54,367 nt of DNA. Origin: a virus. Taxonomy: Duplodnaviria > Heunggongvirae > Uroviricota > Caudoviricetes. A model generated the notes under the pieces. The model saw only the letters and a list, made by a program, of their open reading frames with translations. It made no database searches and was not told where the DNA came from. Location: IMG/VR virus record IMGVR_UViG_2531839448_000005, positions 1 to 54,367 of that record; one strand, 5' to 3'. Shown piece by piece: positions 48,193-54,367 of this stretch. The translations under genes and the position numbers were made by a program. Each line of letters starts with the position of its first letter. The first letter of the stretch is position 1.

Positions 48193-48321
48193 ATGGATTT
48201 CGACACAATCATGGAAAAGGCTTACGAAGAATACTTCGAAGGCCTTGCCGAAGGCGAAGAAGCTCTCAGCTTCAGTGAGTTTAAACAGGCGCTTTCCAGC
48301 TCGGCAAAATCTAACGGCTGA
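48193..48321 (+). CDS. hypothetical small acidic protein
   Basis: manual 42-codon ORF MDFDTIMEKAYEEYFEG; below the track cutoff. Confidence 0.3.
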   Translation: MDFDTIMEKAYEEYFEGLAEGEEALSFSEFKQALSSSAKSNG

Positions 48322-48350
48322 TAAGCGAAGCAACACCGCGAGGAATCAGT

Positions 48351-48569
48351 ATGCAGAAACGAGAACCCGTCATCATCGCGCCAGATTATACCGATGATGA
48401 ACTTTATGAGTGGATGCGCCAGAAAATTAATGCAGCGCAGGATCTGAAATGGGCCAATGAAGCCAGGGCTAAGCAGGCTGAAAATCTGTCCGCTCTGGAG
48501 CAGGATATCACCAGGCTGGAAAAAGCAGCGGCATTAAGCATTGCCAGAATGATTACATACCCGCGTTAA
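48351..48569 (+). CDS. hypothetical protein
   Basis: 72 aa ORF. Confidence 0.4.
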   Translation: MQKREPVIIAPDYTDDELYEWMRQKINAAQDLKWANEARAKQAENLSALEQDITRLEKAAALSIARMITYPR

Positions 48570-49130
48570 TAGCTAACCAACGAAGCTAAGGTTGGTAATT
48601 AAGGAGTTCTCCACGGGTGAGGTGGAGTGCGTGCGCCGGACACGGGTGAGCATCCGGCACTGACAGTTTACTGAAAGGATATTTCCATGAAAAGTCAGAC
48701 CATAACGCGAAAGCGCACGGCGAGGTAGCTGGTTCATAGATAGCCTGTCGTTAAATTTTCGTCGGCCGTGCGCTTCCGGTTGTGGCACTCCGCGAAATGG
48801 CGCGGCGGTAAGTATGGCGGGGTTATTCCTTCCCCGTTGAGGACACCTGGTTGTCAGGTTGACCATACGCTTAAGTGACAACCCCGCTGCAACGCCCTCT
48901 GTTATCAATTTTCTGGTGACGTTTGGCGGTATCAGTTTTACTCCGTGACTGCTCTGCCGCCCTTTTTAAAGTGAATTTTGTGATGCGGTGAATGCGGCTA
49001 AGCGCACGCGGAACAGTTAAAACCAAAAACAGTGTTATGGGTGGATTCTCTGTATCCGGCGTTAATTGTTAACTGGTTAACGTCACCTGGAGGCACCAGG
49101 CACCGCATCACAAAACTCATTGTTGAGGGC
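48570..49130 (+). other. about 560 bp structured non-coding region (several hairpins, long-range inverted repeat)
   Basis: hairpins CCAACgaagctaagGTTGG and GCCGGAcacgggtgagcaTCCGGC; 9 bp GCGCACGGC/GCCGTGCGC pair; 15 bp inverted repeat TTTTGTGATGCGGTG / CACCGCATCACAAAA. Confidence 0.3.
48930..48966 (+). terminator. candidate terminator inside the non-coding region
   Basis: GGCGG...CCGCC stem followed by CTTTTT. Confidence 0.3.
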
Positions 49131-49135
49131 GCGAT

Positions 49136-49325
49136 AATGAAAACGTTATTACCAAACGTTAATACGTCTGAAGGTTGTTTTGAAATTGGTGTCACTATCA
49201 GTAATCCTGTATTTACTGAAGATGCCATTAACAAAAGAAAACACGAACGGGAGTTATTAAATAAAGTATGCATTGTTTCAATGCTGGCCCGTTTACGTCT
49301 GATGCCAAAAGGATGTGCACAATGA
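49136..49325 (+). CDS. hypothetical protein
   Basis: 62 aa ORF. Confidence 0.35.
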
Positions 49326-49513
49326 ATCCAGTATTTGCACTTATTCTGACGGTTTTTCTTGTTTCCGGAGAGCCAGTTGATATTGCAGTCAGTGTTCACA
49401 GAACAATGCAGGAATGTATGGCAGCAGCAACCGAACAGAAAATTCCAGGCAACTGTTATCCGGTCGATAAAGTTATTCACCAGGATAATAACGAAATCCC
49501 GGCAGGTCTTTAA
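49322..49513 (+). CDS. small secreted or membrane protein
   Basis: start MNPVFALILTVFLVSG, signal-like N-terminus. Confidence 0.35.
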   Translation: MNPVFALILTVFLVSGEPVDIAVSVHRTMQECMAAATEQKIPGNCYPVDKVIHQDNNEIPAGL

Positions 49514-49606
49514 AACAGCACCGTAATAAATATCCAGTTTCATTCTTATATGTCAGCAATGGCAGAGATTTGTTCACCCTTAAATCTGTGATGAGGTTTA
49601 CCAATA

Positions 49607-52048
49607 ATGAGCACTGATAAAGAAGAATTTGCACTATATTGCGAAGCAAAAAATGACAAAGTAAGAAAACGCCTAGGAATTAAAGGTGGTTTTTACTGGA
49701 CTACAGCAAAAAAATTATCTGTTGCAATCTCCCGCTGCATTACCGCAATGGATGACAACGATTATGATGAAGACGACTTTAAAAAACCCGTCCGCGTCAA
49801 TTTGCCCGTTGTTGACGACCTTCCGCCAGAAGGCGTGTTTGATACTGAATTCTGCAACCGCTATGAAAAAGGCGGGAAAGATGGCATCACAATGACATTT
49901 ATCGGCCCTTCCCCCTCTGTTCAGGACAAACCAGCCAGCACTGACAATACCAACATCAACGGCGAAGACATGGCTGAGATTGAGGAGAGCATGCTTCTGC
50001 CTGTCTCCGGTCAGGAACTGCCCATTCGTTGGCTTGCTCAACACGGCAGCGAAAAACCAGTAACGCACGTTTCACGCGACGAACTCCAGGCATTACACAT
50101 TGCACGGGCTGAAGAACTACCGGCTGTTACTGCCCTGGCTATTTCGCATAAAACCAGTCTGCTCGACTCGCTGGAGATTCGCGACCTCCACAAACTGGTT
50201 CGTGACACTGACAAAGTTTTCCCTAATCCTGGTAATTCAGACCTGGGACTAATAACTGCTTTTTTCGAAGCATACCTGGACGCTGACTACACTGATCGGG
50301 GTCTGCTGACAAAAGAGTGGATGAAAGGAAATCGTGTTTCACGCATCACCCGCACGGCTTCCGGTGCTAATGCTGGCGGTGGGAACAAAACCGATCGCAA
50401 TCCGAATTTAGTACACACCCTCGACACACTGGATGTGGAGATTGCAGCAGCCACACTTCCGATGGATTTTAATATTTATGAAATTCCGGGCAGCGTTTAT
50501 CGTCGCGCAAAAGAAGTAGTCCTGAACAAAGAAAGTCCGTTCAAAGAATGGTCCGCAGCACTTCGTGCAACCCCGGGTATTCTGGACTATTCCCGCGCCG
50601 CTATTTTTGCACTTATCCGAAGCGCACACCCTGAATTTTATCACTACCCGGGACGCCTTCAGGGGTATATCAACGCCTATTTGACGGAAACTGATCACGA
50701 GAACCCCAGCAAGGAAACTCTCACAGCTGCCCGGCATACGCCGGAAAAAGATATCCTGGAAGAAATTAACCGCGAGGTGGTTACTGAGCGTGAAACAGAA
50801 GAAGAAAAACCACAACCATCTGACGCAATGGCAGGTGAACAGGCAACAACTGAAACAATGGAACCGGATACAACTGAACATGGCCAAAACGCGCAGTCGC
50901 TGGATGCTCAGTCGCAGGTGAGTTCCGCTAACCAAGTAAAAGTCACCGCTGACGAAGTAAACAAAATTATGCAGGCAGCCAATATCAGCCAGCCTGACGC
51001 CGATAAGTTACTTGCTGTATCGCGTGGTGAATTTGTTGAGGGGATTAGCGACCCGAATGATCCGAAATGGATTAAGGGGATCCAGACCCGCGATTCTGTG
51101 AACCAGAACCAGCAAGAAACGGAACAGAACGACCAGAAAGCGGAACAAAACAGCCCAAATACGCAACAAAACGAGCCAGAAACGAAACAACCTGAACCAG
51201 TAGTGCAACAGGAACCGGAAAAGATCTGCACCGCCTGCGGTCAGAGCGGTGGCGGCAACTGCCCTGATTGTGGTGCGGTGATGGGTGACGCAACATACCA
51301 GGAAATATTCGATGGAGAGAATCAGCCTGAAGTTCAGGAAAATGATCCGGAGGAAATGGAAGGCACTGCGCATCAGCACAAGGAGAACCCTGGCGGCAAT
51401 CAGCATCACGCCAGCGATAATAAAACTGGCGAGGCGACAGATCCCTTAATTAAGGTGAATGGTCATCATAAGCTCACATCCACCAGCAGAGCGGGGATTC
51501 ATCTGATGATCGACCTTGAAACCATGGGAAAAAATCCCGATGCCCCGATTATCTCAATAGGCGCAATATTTTTCGATCCACAAACCGGAGATATGGGACC
51601 GGAATTTAGCAAGACCATCGATCTGGATACTGCTGGCGGAGTCATTGATCGTGACGTCATTAAATGGTGGCTAAAGCAATCACGTGAAGCGCAGTCTGCC
51701 ATTATGACCGATGAAATCCCGTTAGATGATGCACTACTGCAATTGCGGGAATTTATCGACGAAAACTCCGGTGAATTTTTTGTTCAGGTCTGGGGTAATG
51801 GGGCCAACTTCGACAACGTGATTTTACGCCGTTCATACGAACGACAGGGTATCCCCTGCCCGTGGCGCTACTGCAACGATCGCGATGTACGCACAATCGT
51901 TGAGCTGGGGAAAGCCATAGACTTCGATGCCAGAACTGCTATCCCATTCGAAGGTGAGCGCCATAATGCACTTGATGACGCTCGTTACCAGGCAAAATAC
52001 GTTTCAGCTATCTGGCAAAAACTGATCCCGAGTCAGGCTGATTTTTAA
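49607..52048 (+). CDS. RecE-like protein: exonuclease VIII N-terminal region fused to a DEDDh-type 3'-5' exonuclease domain
   Basis: N-terminal 600 aa align by eye to Rac RecE (MLLPVSGQELPIRWLAQHGSEKPVTHVSRD, CTACGQSGGGNCPDCGAVMGD); C-terminus has IDLETMG and HNALDDARYQ motifs. Confidence 0.6.
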   Translation: MSTDKEEFALYCEAKNDKVRKRLGIKGGFYWTTAKKLSVAISRCITAMDDNDYDEDDFKKPVRVNLPVVDDLPPEGVFDTEFCNRYEKGGKDGITMTFIGPSPSVQDKPASTDNTNINGEDMAEIEESMLLPVSGQELPIRWLAQHGSEKPVTHVSRDELQALHIARAEELPAVTALAISHKTSLLDSLEIRDLHKLVRDTDKVFPNPGNSDLGLITAFFEAYLDADYTDRGLLTKEWMKGNRVSRITRTASGANAGGGNKTDRNPNLVHTLDTLDVEIAAATLPMDFNIYEIPGSVYRRAKEVVLNKESPFKEWSAALRATPGILDYSRAAIFALIRSAHPEFYHYPGRLQGYINAYLTETDHENPSKETLTAARHTPEKDILEEINREVVTERETEEEKPQPSDAMAGEQATTETMEPDTTEHGQNAQSLDAQSQVSSANQVKVTADEVNKIMQAANISQPDADKLLAVSRGEFVEGISDPNDPKWIKGIQTRDSVNQNQQETEQNDQKAEQNSPNTQQNEPETKQPEPVVQQEPEKICTACGQSGGGNCPDCGAVMGDATYQEIFDGENQPEVQENDPEEMEGTAHQHKENPGGNQHHASDNKTGEATDPLIKVNGHHKLTSTSRAGIHLMIDLETMGKNPDAPIISIGAIFFDPQTGDMGPEFSKTIDLDTAGGVIDRDVIKWWLKQSREAQSAIMTDEIPLDDALLQLREFIDENSGEFFVQVWGNGANFDNVILRRSYERQGIPCPWRYCNDRDVRTIVELGKAIDFDARTAIPFEGERHNALDDARYQAKYVSAIWQKLIPSQADF

Positions 52049-52106
52049 TGTTCAACCCTAATTGCCGCTAACCGTATATAGTTAGCGGCGGTTATGAGAT
52101 ATAGCT

Positions 52107-52310
52107 ATGAGCAGCTTATTTTTAACCGAAGATGAATTGCTAATATTAACGGGCTGCAAATATGCAAGCCACCAGCGAAAATGGTTAATGGAAAACGGGC
52201 TTCCGTTCTATACCAATCGTAGTGGCAAACCGATTGTCAGCCGGGATCTATTTACCTGCAATAAAACTTTACCACCACGCGAGGTAGAGCCGAATTTTGG
52301 TGCGATCTGA
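52107..52310 (+). CDS. xis: excisionase-like protein
   Basis: 67 aa ORF immediately upstream of int. Confidence 0.5.
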   Translation: MSSLFLTEDELLILTGCKYASHQRKWLMENGLPFYTNRSGKPIVSRDLFTCNKTLPPREVEPNFGAI

Positions 52311-53334
52311 TGGGAAGACGAAGGAAAAATCCTGAACACGAAAAATTACCTCCAAATGTATACCCAAATAAATATAGTTATGTATGGAAACCAACATCCA
52401 GAGAATCTGTCACACTAACCGCCATCAAGGATGGTTTAGCTGCTTTATGGAAAAAGTATGAGGAAACTGTAAATAATCGCGATCGTGCAATGACATTCGG
52501 TCGCTTGTGGGAAAAATTCCTCGCCAGCGCCTATTACAGTGACCTTAGTCCAAGAACACAAAAAGATTATCTGCAACATCAAAAAAAGTTGCTTGCCGTA
52601 TTCGGTAAGGTACCAGCGGATTCCATAAAACCAGAACACATCCGTCGATACATGGACAAAAGAGGGGAGCAGAGTAAAACGCAAGCCAACCATGAAAAAA
52701 GCAGTATGTCCCGTGTTTACAGTTGGGGGTATGAGCGAGGGTACGTGAAGGCTAACCCATGTGCAGGTGTAAGTAAATTCAAGGCCAAAAACCGCGAACG
52801 ATATGTAACCGACAAAGAATACCAGGCAGTATTAAGCGTTGCACCTCTTCCTGTTTTTATCGCAATGGAAATTGCCTATCTGTGTGCAGCGAGGGTTTCC
52901 GATGTGTTATCGCTGAAATGGGAACAGATTGGAAACGACGGGATATTCATCCAGCAAGGGAAAACCGGAAAAAACAGATAAAAGCATGGAGTCCACGATT
53001 ACAGGCAGCGATCGAAAAAGCAAAACAGTTACCAAAATCTGCCTATGTGATCAGCAATCAATACGGCAACCGATATATGTACAAAGGCTTTAACGAAATG
53101 TGGGTAGATGCAAGAAATCGTGCTGGAAAAATTTCAGGTATTTTAACCGACTTCACCTTTCATGATCTGAAGGCGAAAGGAATTTCAGACTATGAAGGAA
53201 GCAGCCGGGATAAGCAACTTTTCTCTGGTCACAAAACCGAAGGGCAAGTGCTAATCTATGACAGGAAGGTTAAAGTTTCACCAACACTTGATGTCCCGTT
53301 ACCTGAAAATATTCCAAGAAAATATTCCAAGTAA
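52310..53334 (+). pseudogene. int: prophage tyrosine integrase, frame-broken near 52960-52980 at an A6 tract
   Basis: 223 aa ORF ends after ...QQGKTGK; 150 aa ORF continues the integrase in the -1 frame; one added A rejoins them; adjacent to tRNA-Ser. Confidence 0.8.
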
Positions 53335-53386
53335 TTCCAAGTGTGATTTTTGTCACTGACTTAATGATGTGTAAGTGATTGAATTT

Positions 53387-53476
53387 TGGCGGAGAGAGGG
53401 GGATTTGAACCCCCGGTGGAGTTGCCCCCACTCCGGTTTTCGAGACCGGTCCGTTCAGCCGCTCCGGCATCTCTCC
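53387..53476 (-). tRNA. serU: tRNA-Ser (anticodon CGA)
   Basis: 90 nt with long variable arm, anticodon loop CUCGAAA, CCA encoded. Confidence 0.85.
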
Positions 53477-53569
53477 GTTCAGATGGTTGCCATGATGCCA
53501 GGAAATTTGGCATTTTAACAGTCCCTGTCCGTGCAATTTTGTTCAAGTGACGAGTTTGCGAGCAAAACG

Positions 53570-54367
53570 ATGATTAAGTGGCCCTGGAAAGTACAAGAAT
53601 CAGCACATCAAACTGCCCTTCCCTGGCAGGAAGCACTATCGATCCCCCTTTTAACGGGTCTGACGGAACAGGAACAAAGCAAATTAGTCACTCTTGCCGA
53701 ACGTTTTTTACAGCAAAAGCGGCTTGTTCCTTTACAGGGCTTTGAACTGGATTCATTAAGAAGCTGCCGGATAGCACTTCTATTTTGCCTACCCGTTCTG
53801 GAGTTAGGACTGGAATGGCTGGATGGTTTTCATGAAGTCTTAATTTATCCTGCGCCATTTGTGGTCGATGATGAATGGGAAGACGATATCGGTCTGGTGC
53901 ATAACCAACGTATTGTTCAGTCAGGTCAGAGCTGGCAGCAAGGGCCTATCGTTTTGAACTGGTTGGATATACAAGATTCTTTTGATGCATCTGGTTTTAA
54001 CCTGATTATTCATGAAGTCGCTCATAAGCTGGACACCCGTAACGGCGATCGCGCCAGCGGAGTTCCCTTTATTTCGTTGCGTGAGGTTGCTGGCTGGGAA
54101 CACGATCTTCATGCTGCAATGAACAACATTCAGGAAGAAATCGAATTAGTTGGTGAGAATGCAGCGAGCATTGATGCTTATGCTGCCAGTGATCCTGCTG
54201 AATGTTTTGCCGTACTTTCTGAATATTTCTTTAGCGCCCCAGAACTTTTTGCTCCTCGTTTCCCTTCATTGTGGCAACGTTTCTGTCAATTTTATCAACA
54301 AGATCCTTTGCAGAGACTGCATCACGCTAATGATACAGACTCGTTTTCGGCGACGAATGTTCATTAA
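53570..54367 (+). CDS. mtfA: MtfA (Mlc titration factor A)
   Basis: [21 protein letters not shown]...HEVAHKLD zinc-peptidase motif; matches E. coli MtfA as recalled. Confidence 0.9.
   Translation: MIKWPWKVQESAHQTALPWQEALSIPLLTGLTEQEQSKLVTLAERFLQQKRLVPLQGFELDSLRSCRIALLFCLPVLELGLEWLDGFHEVLIYPAPFVVDDEWEDDIGLVHNQRIVQSGQSWQQGPIVLNWLDIQDSFDASGFNLIIHEVAHKLDTRNGDRASGVPFISLREVAGWEHDLHAAMNNIQEEIELVGENAASIDAYAASDPAECFAVLSEYFFSAPELFAPRFPSLWQRFCQFYQQDPLQRLHHANDTDSFSATNVH

Noticed and set aside
48573-48908. 111 aa minus-strand ORF
   Set aside because: It sits inside the hairpin-dense non-coding region and is Arg/Pro-rich; more likely structured RNA than protein.
48970-49110. Retron msr/msd hypothesis for the 15 bp inverted repeat
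   Set aside because: No reverse transcriptase gene nearby; the downstream ORFs are small and the next large gene is RecE-like.
50408-51409. Minus-strand ORFs of 107-175 aa inside the RecE-like gene
   Set aside because: Antisense to a well-supported long ORF; low-complexity Cys/Phe-rich translations.

Overview
This window reads as an Escherichia/Shigella-type chromosome segment holding the right ~53 kb of a mosaic lambdoid prophage integrated next to tRNA-Ser(CGA) (serU) and mtfA. The most notable feature is a ~15 kb integrative island (about 17610-32654) inserted inside the prophage terminase large-subunit gene (terL). The island has a P4-like integrase, AlpA and Bro-N regulators, a DUF927-type primase, two iteron clusters, a ProQ/FinO-domain protein and a complete head and packaging module, but no tail or lysis genes; this matches a capsid-forming phage satellite (cf-PICI-like). 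The prophage itself, right to left on the minus strand, carries a Rac-like immunity and replication region, an accessory islet with a hok toxin and a candidate caspase-like two-gene module, DUF968, RusA, Q, four tRNAs, a lysis cassette, HNH-terS-terL, an HK97-like head, and lambda-like tail genes G/T-H-M-L-K-I-J-lom-stf. On the plus strand it carries a repressor, a RecE-like exonuclease, xis and int. Several genes are frame-broken (both integrases, G/GT, J, stf, and terL by the insertion); three of the breaks sit in A/T homopolymers that are each one base short, so homopolymer sequencing error and genuine prophage decay cannot be separated here. All protein family calls are from motif recognition by eye and memory, with no database search; coordinates of starts are approximate where alternative start codons exist.
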